Shown one piece after another: positions 26,814 through 34,172 of a stretch of 51,095 nt of DNA (within the stretch, counting starts at the first letter, position 1; each line of letters begins with the position of its first letter). The DNA lies in contig JBBDUH010000018.1 in the NCBI GenBank assembly GCA_040904005.1, forward strand, positions 1 to 51,095. Direction: 5' to 3'. The notes beneath the pieces are model-generated. The model made no database searches. It was not told where the DNA came from and worked only from the letters and a program-made list of their open reading frames with translations. The DNA comes from Minisyncoccota bacterium (GTDB lineage: Bacteria > Patescibacteriota > Minisyncoccia > Phycocordibacterales > SW-6-46-9). The translations under genes and the position numbers were made by a program.

Positions 26814-27203
26814 GCACTAGCGCGAACTTCTAATACCTAATTACTAATTTCTAAAATCACTAGTATCAGCAGTGGTTATTATTACTGGGCCTGCCCCGTT
26901 AGAGAACGCTGGAGACGCTGAACCTTGTATGAAGATTATTCATTTTTCTTTAACGGGGTTGACCCGTGTTAAACAAAATCAAAGATTTTATTTCGCCTTC
27001 ACATTCTTAACCTTAGTTTTCTCAAGATTTTTTACCGAAAGCATACATTATCGTTTTTTTGATATAAAATGCTGCGAAATGTTTAACCGGGTTGACATAA
27101 AACTATACATAATGACAATGTTGCGACGGAGCGGTTTTTCCGCTATTATTTAGACAGAGGTTAACAGATATAACCTTTTTATTAGCGCTAATTCCTTATA
27201 TTT

Positions 27204-27512
27204 ATGGCTCAAATCAACAAGTCAGATCTCGTTGAGATGATCTACGATGAAATTGAAGGATGCACCAAGGCCGACGCCAAGCGTGTGATGGAGCGCATTG
27301 TCGACACCATCACCGACACACTAGCAAACGCTGAGGAGGTATCAATCGCCGGACTCGGAATCTTCAAGTCTCGTATTCGACAGGCACGTACTGCTCGCAA
27401 CCCACAAACGGGTGAAGAGATTGAGGTGCCAAAGATGCGCGTACCCAAGTTCCGACCAGCAAAAGCGCTGAAGGACGCCGTGAAGGACAAGCGCCTTGAT
27501 AAGGAGGAGTAG
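27204..27512 (+). CDS. hup: HU/IHF-family DNA-binding protein
   Basis: 102 aa with GLGIFKSRIRQARTARNPQTGEEIEVP, the beta-arm motif. Confidence 0.93.
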   Translation: MAQINKSDLVEMIYDEIEGCTKADAKRVMERIVDTITDTLANAEEVSIAGLGIFKSRIRQARTARNPQTGEEIEVPKMRVPKFRPAKALKDAVKDKRLDKEE

Positions 27513-27544
27513 TTTTACCCCTTCCTTATCCCACTTATACAAAT

Positions 27545-27568
27545 GCCTGGCTCACGCCGGGCTTTTGT
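27545..27568 (+). terminator. Terminator after hup
   Basis: GCCTGGC-TCAC-GCCGGGC followed by TTTTG. Confidence 0.7.
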
Positions 27569-27584
27569 ATTGGCTTTTTGTATA

Positions 27585-27616
27585 AATAAAACCCCAGAAA
27601 CTTACATTCCTGGGGT
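27585..27616 (-). terminator. Terminator of the - strand 422-aa operon
   Basis: The - strand has CCCCAG-loop-CTGGGG followed by TTTTATTT. Confidence 0.55.
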
Positions 27617-27636
27617 AATAAAATTAAACTTGCTAT

Positions 27637-27798
27637 CTACTCATCCTCTCCATCTTCGGCAGAAAAATTGGACGGAAGATCATCAGAGGATATTGGTTCC
27701 GCGACGCTAGCTGTACCGCGCCGAGCAAATATTGGTCGTTCCTCTTCATTCTTCTTTGATGATTTTTCATTATCTATATTTGCATCTGTATCTAACAT
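27637..27798 (-). CDS. hypothetical acidic micro-protein (53 aa, below track cutoff)
   Basis: Hand-translated as MLDTDANIDNEKSSKKNEEERPIF..SAEDGEDE. Starts 11 nt after the stop of the 422-aa gene. No SD. Confidence 0.3.
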   Translation of the reverse strand: MLDTDANIDNEKSSKKNEEERPIFARRGTASVAEPISSDDLPSNFSAEDGEDE

Positions 27799-27809
27799 GT
27801 TGTGCTGTT

Positions 27810-29078
27810 TTATAAGCTGCGATTAATCACTTCCCCGACTATTTCGAGAAGTGCGTTCTGATCAATATCATACATTGCGGTAATATTATTGTCAATCTCA
27901 ATCTCTAATTCTCGTTGATCAGCTGGGAGTTCCTTATATGTATCATGGCGGACAATAATCTTGCTAATTATTTTATACGGAATTTCTTTTTTTAAGCCAC
28001 TGTTCTTTATCACAGACGTCAGTTCAAGAGCTATATCTTTGGTACAATCCACCAGATCTTTTACGTACGCTGGGTCTTCTGTGTCTATCCAGTCAATTCC
28101 GTACTCCGCGCGTGACTCAATCACTACAGACATAAGTTCATCTATTTTTTTGTTAGTCGCGACCGAATCCTCTGCCAGCAATGCAAAAACATATACCTGA
28201 TTCTTGAACACCTCATACTCTCGCGTAGATAAATCATCTTTCATGTCCTGTAAACTAGTAAGCCCACGAATTTTCTCGATTGTCCTTGGATAAAAACTAG
28301 ACTTCGCAATGGATATTAGCCCAAGTTGAGCCAAATCTTCTCGGTCTTCTTTATTTGGTGAAGATTGATCCAGACTCATTATGATATCCGCGATTATTTG
28401 CTCCGCTTCTGGCTGCACCTCCATAAAGGTGTGAGGATAGCTTGCCCTGTTACGCAGTCTTTCGGCTAGCTCTATGTGTTGCTCGCGAATATCCTCAGGT
28501 GTTTTGTAATTTAAAGAGTTGCCCACTTGAACTAACTTCGCAATATGAATACTGTCACCACCATCTTTGGCAGGCAAGCGACCAGTCAAAACATAGTCAG
28601 TAGCGTTGCTGGCATCGATCTCATCAATAAAGATAACTTCTTTATTCAAAAGCTCATCATTTTTCCTCAGTTCACGCTCAATAGAACGAGCGGTTGTTTG
28701 TATACCTCTCTCCCAAATCTCTTTACTAAAAAATGCTTCGACTTGATCTGGATAAATAGAAGCAACCATCTTTACAAAATCTTGCCGACAGATACTTGTT
28801 GGACCATCCTCCTGAGTCAAGATTTCACGCGTTGCAATATTTTGAACGCCGGCACGTAAAATATTTATTTCATTTTCTACCTGTGGAATAGCTGTTCCTT
28901 CACTTAGTTCTTTAAAACGTTTAATTTTCTCGAGAATATTCAGCTGATTTTCAGGAGATATTTCGCTATGTTTTTCTAAATCACTCAAATACTCGGCTTC
29001 TAGTGCTCTCTGATTTCCTTCCTCTTCTATCGCAAAGTTTGGTTTCTTTTTACCAAAATTAGATTCGAAACCTTTCAT
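27810..29078 (-). CDS. hypothetical protein (422 aa), AT-rich orphan
   Basis: Long uninterrupted ORF. No catalytic or nucleotide-binding motif recognised. Confidence 0.65.
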   Translation of the reverse strand: MKGFESNFGKKKPNFAIEEEGNQRALEAEYLSDLEKHSEISPENQLNILEKIKRFKELSEGTAIPQVENEINILRAGVQNIATREILTQEDGPTSICRQDFVKMVASIYPDQVEAFFSKEIWERGIQTTARSIERELRKNDELLNKEVIFIDEIDASNATDYVLTGRLPAKDGGDSIHIAKLVQVGNSLNYKTPEDIREQHIELAERLRNRASYPHTFMEVQPEAEQIIADIIMSLDQSSPNKEDREDLAQLGLISIAKSSFYPRTIEKIRGLTSLQDMKDDLSTREYEVFKNQVYVFALLAEDSVATNKKIDELMSVVIESRAEYGIDWIDTEDPAYVKDLVDCTKDIALELTSVIKNSGLKKEIPYKIISKIIVRHDTYKELPADQRELEIEIDNNITAMYDIDQNALLEIVGEVINRSL

Positions 29079-29094
29079 ATTTTGATTTTAGCAT

Positions 29095-29130
29095 AAAAAA
29101 ACCGCATGATGCTTAATTGCACCATGCGGC
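29095..29130 (-). terminator. Terminator downstream of the 99-aa gene
   Basis: The - strand has GCCGCATGGTGC-loop-GCATCATGCGG followed by TTTTTTT. Confidence 0.6.
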
Positions 29131-29275
29131 TTAATTTAATAATTTTAGTCTAGCCATGATCTTCTTACGAAGTCAGTTTCAGACCTTCTGGTGCCAAGAG
29201 GTGTGACAATATATACATATCGTCACATTCATACCCCTCCGAATCCTTAGCTCATTTTTGGTTAATCACCAAAGT

Positions 29276-29575
29276 CTAAAGAATTGGCAAGTCGAGCTTT
29301 TCACGAAAGAGGTCTTTCACCTCTTCGCTACTCATCTCTTTCTGCGGCTTCTCCAAACCCACCCAAAGAGTGCTCGCGTCACGCGGGAATCGGTCATGTA
29401 AATGACCATAGTCTGCCTGCAAATTTTTGCGAGCGACTACAGCACGGACATGATTAATTCGTGACTGGCATGTACTGCAATGACCTTGCTCGGCCACCTC
29501 GAAGTATAATTTGCCGTCGTGCTCTACGATTTCGCGACTGGTTGACCAACCGGATAGTCGGACAAACATAGACAT
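29276..29575 (-). CDS. hypothetical protein (99 aa) with CxxC..H motif
   Basis: Track ORF 29276..29629 trimmed to ATG 29575 (MSMFVRLSGW..), which avoids overlap with the ankyrin gene. Contains HCSTCQSRINH. No family recognised. Confidence 0.45.
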   Translation of the reverse strand: MSMFVRLSGWSTSREIVEHDGKLYFEVAEQGHCSTCQSRINHVRAVVARKNLQADYGHLHDRFPRDASTLWVGLEKPQKEMSSEEVKDLFREKLDLPIL

Positions 29576-29591
29576 GTGTTTATTTAAGATG

Positions 29592-30446
29592 TTAGGCACG
29601 CTTCTTTGCACAAACGGCTGCAATTTCACGATAACCTCGCATTGCTGCTAGGTCATAAGCTCTGAAGCCGTTAGTGTTTACCGCTTCAGTATCTGCACCA
29701 GCCTCAAGAAGAACCTTGATAACTCGAAGGCCATCCTGGTTCTGGACTGCATACATCAAAGGTGTTGTCTTTCCTTCATTTGAGGCATTCACATCAGCCC
29801 CGTGCTGGATAAGCAAATTGACAACATCAGCATGTGTATTAAAGGAAGCGGCCAAGATTGCCGTCCAGTCCTTGGTTATGGAGCCATCAACATCAGCCCC
29901 ATTTTCAAGAAGAAGATTCACAACCTTTACATGGCCTCCGAAGGATGCTTTTAACAGCGGTTTGAATCCACTATTATTTGCAGCATTAATCTTGGAGCCT
30001 TGCCAAATAAGAAATTTAACAACATCTTCGTGCCCTCTTTGTGATGCATACATCAACGGTGCCCAGCCCCTTGAGTCTGACTCGTTAATATCTAACTTCA
30101 TGATACAAACGAAAATCTCAACAGTGCCAAGATCACCAACCTCAGCTGCATACATTAGTGGAGTTTTCCCCTCTTTATCAGAGAGCCCCACACAGGCACC
30201 ATGCTTCAACAGAAGCCAGATACCATCTACATATCCGTTCTTAATGACATATATGAGTGGTGTTTTGCCAGCCTCGTTGCGAGCGTTCACATCAGCTCCA
30301 GCTGTTATCGCTTGCCTGATAGCCTTCTTATTATCATCCTCCGCTGCCTTCAGAAGTTCTTTGGTTGCTTGAGACAGCCCAGAATTATCTGAAACCATTC
30401 CAATAACCACTGTCAGAGCAGCAAGAATTAAAACAAAAGTAGTCAT
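29592..30446 (-). CDS. ankyrin-repeat protein with N-terminal signal/anchor helix
   Basis: Trimmed to ATG 30446, behind a strong SD (AAAGGAGGGTTAC). Starts MTTFVLILAALTVVIGMV, followed by about 7-8 ANK repeats (..G.TPLMYA...G....V..LL..GA..N). Confidence 0.85.
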   Translation of the reverse strand: MTTFVLILAALTVVIGMVSDNSGLSQATKELLKAAEDDNKKAIRQAITAGADVNARNEAGKTPLIYVIKNGYVDGIWLLLKHGACVGLSDKEGKTPLMYAAEVGDLGTVEIFVCIMKLDINESDSRGWAPLMYASQRGHEDVVKFLIWQGSKINAANNSGFKPLLKASFGGHVKVVNLLLENGADVDGSITKDWTAILAASFNTHADVVNLLIQHGADVNASNEGKTTPLMYAVQNQDGLRVIKVLLEAGADTEAVNTNGFRAYDLAAMRGYREIAAVCAKKRA

Positions 30447-30493
30447 GTAACCCTCCTTTGGTTGGTTAGTATTTATTTTTAAAAAGAACAAAG

Positions 30494-30610
30494 TGGAGAT
30501 GCCGGGAGTCGAACCCGAGTCCAGACAGACTATACCCGTAGTGGGCACCGCGTATAATCACGATGGTCGTTTTAACGCGTCATCTGGCCGTCGAAAGCCA
30601 AATCATCCCC
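30494..30610 (-). ncRNA. ssrA: tmRNA-like gene reduced to the tRNA-like domain (~117 nt)
   Basis: The - strand reads GGGGATGATTTGGCTTTCGACGG..GGACTCGGGTTCGACTCCCGGCATCTCCA. It has a 7-bp acceptor stem with a G3:U70 wobble, T arm UCGGG-UUCGACU-CCCGG and a P2-like helix. Only 48 nt lie inside that helix, with no pseudoknots or tag ORF. Confidence 0.7.
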
Positions 30611-30687
30611 AGTTTTAAATGTGCTATAACCATCGTTTCGATCCACAAATCTTTATGAACCGAAGAATGGTGCAGAAGTAAAGCTTT

Positions 30688-30819
30688 TTACTTCTGCGGG
30701 TTAAGGTTAGTTTCGTCCGTGTTTCTCAACTCAGAAGAATCAAGAAACGGTGCAATCACTCCGGCTAATACATAAATTATGAAGAGTGTCACAAAGAAAC
30801 CTGTAATAATCATATCCAT
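30688..30819 (-). CDS. hypothetical single-TM micro-protein (43 aa, below track cutoff)
   Basis: Hand-translated as MDMIITGFFVTLFIIYVLAGVIAPFLDSSELRNTDETNLNPQK. SD AAGGTGG lies 5 nt upstream. A hairpin (GCAGAAGTA..TACTTCTGC) spans the stop. Confidence 0.4.
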   Translation of the reverse strand: MDMIITGFFVTLFIIYVLAGVIAPFLDSSELRNTDETNLNPQK

Positions 30820-31051
30820 CACAACCACCTTTTGTTTTTTTTGATTTAAAGAACTTTTTCAGTTTGTGATCACCATCGAAATGATAAGCACAAAAGAAAG
30901 CAGGATTTATTGACATGATGTCAGTGGGTTCCTGCGAACCGTTGTGTGGCAGATTGTCCGCGTGCGGGACGTGCCGTGCCAGCGGCAGCCGGTTTAGAAT
31001 TCGCAGCTACTGGTCTTTGTAGCTGCTCTTCCTCAAGCGGTGAACAAGACT

Positions 31052-31222
31052 CTAGCGAGTCGAGTTCCCCATCGGTGTGAAGATAATTCGCTTGTCCTGA
31101 GCGAGTGCTCTGCGGAGAACGAGCTTGTGAAACCCGTGCTTCTCCAGCAGTTCGTCAGTACGGCGAGCTAGCTCTGCGCGAGTTAGCTGCTCGGAATTAC
31201 CTCGATCGTTTCGTGTGCTCAT
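31052..31222 (-). CDS. hypothetical small protein (56 aa, below track cutoff)
   Basis: Hand-translated as MSTRNDRGNSEQLTRAELARRTDELLEKHGFHKLVLRRALAQDKRIIFTPMGNSTR. SD GGGGGT is present. Confidence 0.35.
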   Translation of the reverse strand: MSTRNDRGNSEQLTRAELARRTDELLEKHGFHKLVLRRALAQDKRIIFTPMGNSTR

Positions 31223-31489
31223 ACAACCCCCTGTTTTGATTAGTTAGCGTATCGTGTAAAGGCTAGCGGTTTGGAATCCTCTAATGGTATATCCACCACA
31301 GAGTTATCCTTGCTTTCGTTTAAGAGAGAAGAATTTTCTCAGCTTAAAGTACTCGTGTTCACTCCTTCCTTATGAGATAGAGCAAGCAAAGATGGCTACT
31401 TAACGAAAACCATCCTATGCACATCGAATGCCGAATTTCGCCCGGCAGCTCCCTTTTAAAGAAGTTTTTCGATAAGTGCAGCCGTCCGC

Positions 31490-31588
31490 CCGGCTCCTGC
31501 CATTCTCCATCTGAGACAGGCAAGGAATTTGGCACAGAAGCCCTACAAACTGTAGGCTACTCTTGTGCCAAACTCCTTGCGGAGCCGG
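31490..31588. ncRNA. Long imperfect hairpin, candidate structured RNA of unknown class
   Basis: CCGGCTCC..GCAAGGA.TTTGGCACA..CCCTACA-AAC-TGTAGG..TGTGCCAAA.TCCTTGC.GGAGCCGG. About 30 paired positions with a 22-nt one-sided bulge. The strand is undetermined. Confidence 0.35.
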
Positions 31589-31856
31589 CAATGAGCGTAT
31601 TGTCACAGCCATCATGTAAAAAGATCAGGTCAGCGAGCCGCAAGCTTGTTTTTGCTTATTAACTCGTAGACATTGACTAACTTATCAGAACCTTATTTTT
31701 TTGTCAAGTCTTTTTGTCATTTACTTTTCTTTTTTATTAATATCTGGCTTATATAAGCCTGTTTTATATATACATAATATGTTATTTTCTATAAACAAGC
31801 ATACCCACAGAGTTCTAAAAAGATGACAAGACTGAGAAAGTTTATGTAATTTGTGC

Positions 31857-31884
31857 TTGACAAGATTCTACTATCTGCTAAACT
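31857..31884 (+). promoter_or_regulatory. Candidate promoter of a non-coding/leader transcript
   Basis: TTGACAAG (31857-), a 16-nt spacer ending TGc and TAAACT (31879-31884). Confidence 0.5.
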
Positions 31885-31965
31885 TCCTAGTGGACGTAAC
31901 CGCACAGAAGGTTGCTCCCTGCGAAGTATTTGTTACTTAAAAACAAAATATTGGAGGTGATACAT

Positions 31966-31977
31966 ATGGGTGACTGA
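31966..31977 (+). other. 3-codon mini-ORF (Met-Gly-Asp-stop) behind a consensus SD
   Basis: GGAGGTGA (31953-31960), 5 nt, then ATG GGT GAC TGA. Confidence 0.4.
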
Positions 31978-32096
31978 AATGATCCTGTACCTAGACTGGG
32001 CTGCTCGAGCTCCAGTTTAGGTGCAGACATATCGCATCCTAAGAACACACTTCTGATTCGCAGAAACTAAAACAACAATCACAAAAAAGGAGGGTT

Positions 32097-32108
32097 ATGT
32101 GCGACTAG
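32097..32108 (+). other. 3-codon mini-ORF (Met-Cys-Asp-stop) behind a consensus SD
   Basis: AAGGAGGG (32087-32094), 2 nt, then ATG TGC GAC TAG. Confidence 0.4.
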
Positions 32109-32250
32109 AAAAACCCAAAATGAGAAGACTCTTTCTTCTCACACGCTCAGTAAACTTGATTCATCGCTGGCAACAAACGCTGCCGTGAGTGAATCATCGA
32201 GCTTTAAATTTGTAACTTTTATTTAGTTACAAAAACAGCTCATTCATAAA

Positions 32251-32283
32251 AGGCCCAGTGTAGCAACAAGCTATACTGGGCCT
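32251..32283 (+). terminator. Terminator/attenuator-like hairpin 30 nt before the TrmB-like gene
   Basis: AGGCCCAGT-loop-ACTGGGCCT followed by TAATTTTA. Confidence 0.5.
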
Positions 32284-32312
32284 TAATTTTATATGCTAGA
32301 CTACAGCCAGCT

Positions 32313-33086
32313 ATGAATACTGAAAAAAAGCTACAAGACTTAGGTTTATCCAACAAAGAGGCTAAGGTTTATCTGGCTCTTTTAGAGCTAAACCAGGCTC
32401 CAGCAAGCGATATTGCCAGGAAGGCACAGCTTAATCGTGCTACCACCTACGTAATACTCGACTCACTTATAGAGAAAGCCTTAGTTAGTACGTATGACCA
32501 GGAAAAGACTACCCAGTACGTAGCCAGTGAGCCGGAAACCCTAAAAAGCTTGGTGAAGGAAAGACAGATAGAGTGGAAAGAGAAAGAAAAAACAGCAGAA
32601 GATCTAATCCCGAGTTTAGAATCAATTCATAATGTAGGTGATGAAAAGCCAACCATCCGCTTCTTTGACGGAGAAAAAGGTTTGGAGCAAAGTGCAGAAG
32701 AATTTTATAAAAATTTCTATAAAGGTAAAGAAACTGTCAAAATCTTTTACTCCCGAGATAGAATTGAGAATAATATCTCCAAAGAACTGTTGGATCACTT
32801 AAAGAATTCTCGTTTGCGCAAAAAAGTCAGGTCAGAAACTATATATAATTATTCAAAAGGAAAGTACGACGATGACACCGGCGACCGTATTAAGGTAAAT
32901 GATGATAAATTCCCAATCTCGATCGACTTAGAGATTTACAGCGACAGAGTACTCATTTCGACACTTAAAGAAAAACTGTCGGCAATCCTGATAAAGGATA
33001 CAGATATTGCCGATTCATTTAAAACCCTTTTTCGCTTAGCACAGATTGGAGCCAAAGTTGAGGAAGAGAAAGAAAATAAAAATTAA
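32313..33086 (+). CDS. TrmB-family transcriptional regulator
   Basis: 257 aa. The N-terminal wHTH (LGLSNKEAKVYLALLELNQAPASDIARKAQLNRATTYVILDSLIEKALV) is typical of TrmB. AT-rich. Confidence 0.8.
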   Translation: MNTEKKLQDLGLSNKEAKVYLALLELNQAPASDIARKAQLNRATTYVILDSLIEKALVSTYDQEKTTQYVASEPETLKSLVKERQIEWKEKEKTAEDLIPSLESIHNVGDEKPTIRFFDGEKGLEQSAEEFYKNFYKGKETVKIFYSRDRIENNISKELLDHLKNSRLRKKVRSETIYNYSKGKYDDDTGDRIKVNDDKFPISIDLEIYSDRVLISTLKEKLSAILIKDTDIADSFKTLFRLAQIGAKVEEEKENKN

Positions 33087-33092
33087 TTAAAT

Positions 33093-33266
33093 GTGCGCGA
33101 TGCGAGACGCTTCGCTATCTCACTCGTCGCTCCGCTCCTCTTTAAGAACCCACGGTTCTCAACACTCGCTTTACCCGCCTTCGGCGAGATAAGCTCACTG
33201 CTCTCCTTTACGGAAAACTATCGTTTTCCGACCCTTTCAATAGCTCGATTCTCCCACTATCTACAC
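33093..33266 (-). repeat. X arm, left (inverted partner of 35385-35533)
   Basis: Core GAGACGCTTCGCTATCTCACTCGTCGCTCCGCTCCTCTTTAAGAACCCACGGTTCTCAAC is near-identical to the reverse complement of 35470-35532. The arm ends in a tRNA 3'-end-like fragment, CGATTCTCCCACTATCTACAC. Confidence 0.7.
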
Positions 33267-33312
33267 AAGAAGCACAAAACCACCCGGAGACCCGGATGGT
33301 TTTGTTGGCTTG

Positions 33313-33504
33313 GTGCGGGATGCGAGAATCGGGGTCAGCTCTCATCAATATTTCTCTTCGTTACACTCGTGAAATATTGTGAGGCTCCTCCCCGGACTCG
33401 TGCGTCGTACTCGCTACGCTGCGTGCGACATCACTCCGTCTTTCGATGTCTCCACACAGGCAAAGAAATTTGCCTGCTCATCCTGCTCGCTCGTGTTACT
33501 CGCT
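33313..33504 (-). repeat. tRNA-Gly(UCC) trailer element plus second copy of the tRNA 3' end
   Basis: 33313-33331 repeats 33505-33523 exactly (19 nt) and is followed by CCA on the - strand. Trailer 33332-33504 is homologous to 35159-35311. Confidence 0.7.
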
Positions 33505-33505
33505 G

Positions 33506-33576
33506 TGCGGGATGCGAGAATCGAACTCGCGACCACAGCTTGGAAGGCTGTTGTTATACCACTTAACCAATCCCGC
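33506..33576 (-). tRNA. tRNA-Gly (anticodon UCC)
   Basis: The - strand reads GCGGGATTGGTTAAGTGGTATAACAACAGCCTTCCAAGCTGTGGTCGCGAGTTCGATTCTCGCATCCCGCA. It forms a full cloverleaf with anticodon loop CU-UCC-AA. CCA is not encoded. Confidence 0.9.
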
Positions 33577-33623
33577 CGATGTTTAGTACAGACCTTATTT
33601 TAGCAAACTTAGCCCCTAATAAC

Positions 33624-33654
33624 AAAACAGCCGGCCAAAGGGCCGGCTGTTTTG
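33624..33654. terminator. Bidirectional terminator
   Basis: ACAGCCGGCC-AAAG-GGCCGGCTGT flanked by AAAA and TTTT. Confidence 0.8.
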
Positions 33655-33966
33655 CGTTCGAGAGTAATCAAAACTACTCCTCGTCTTCTTCATCATCCTC
33701 ATCATCACCTTCTTCCACTTCCTCTTCGTTTTCGTTCTCTTCGTTGTTGTCTAATTCTGACATAGTATATTTCTATTATTCGAACAATAAAACCCGGTCA
33801 CCGACTTGCAACCAGGCACAACGCATATCTTACAAAATGGGGCCAAAAAGTCAATAGGTTGTCACGGAAATAGAGAATTGTCAACCAAATTACCACTTTC
33901 CTCTCTGTTGCCTAAATGAGGTAGTTTCAACCCTTTAAACTACCTAAAAAATAGTTGTAGAGAACC

Positions 33967-33996
33967 TTCTCCAACTCTTAGTCGGGGCACCCGGAC
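33967..33996 (-). repeat. Second copy of the tRNA-Pro 3' end plus flank (30-bp perfect direct repeat)
   Basis: TTCTCCAACTCTTAGTCGGGGCACCCGGAC is identical to 34158-34187. Confidence 0.85.
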
Positions 33997-34172
33997 CCTC
34001 ACATAAACACTACTTCGTTCCCGACCCCTCAACTTTGAAAACCCACGGTTTTCAACGCCCCGCATGCGCGGGACTGCTTTCCTACACGGGAACGAATAGG
34101 TTAGAGCCCTCCTAAAACTTAAAAATCCCCAAGGTAACAAACAAAAAAATATCTGAATTCTCCAACTCTTAG

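Noticed and set aside
27092-27120. TTGACA at 27092 as the hup promoter -35
   Set aside because: No acceptable -10 hexamer lies 16-18 nt downstream. CATAAT is only 10 nt away, so the site was not reported as a promoter feature.
26872-27153. Track ORF 26872..27153 upstream of hup
   Set aside because: It is an AT-rich spacer with a GTG start, no SD and a phenylalanine/isoleucine-rich product. It is more likely the hup promoter region, which contains the TTTAACCGGGTTGAC motifs.
29674-30372. 232-aa + strand ORF, and similar long antisense ORFs (14524..14979, 14530..14880, 44664..45269, 44104..44592, 12376..12684, 20975..21262)
   Set aside because: Each is antisense to, or in another frame of, a strongly conserved or repeat-structured gene (ankyrin, recJ, comM, comEC, nusA). 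Their compositions are low-complexity (S/P/R-rich), typical of shadow ORFs.
31415-31640. RNase P RNA, SRP RNA or TPP riboswitch identity for the long hairpin region
   Set aside because: The diagnostic strings are missing or misplaced. There is no GGAAAGUCCGGGC or ACAGAA..CGGCUUA (RNase P) and no CAGG..GNRA..AGCA helix-8 motif (SRP). CUGAGA and ACCUGAUCU occur on opposite strands, so it is not a TPP aptamer.
33093-33857. Track ORFs 33093..33566, 33379..33603 and 33579..33857
   Set aside because: They run through tRNA-Gly(UCC), duplicated tRNA ends, repeat arms and a terminator. They have no SD and their composition is not protein-like.
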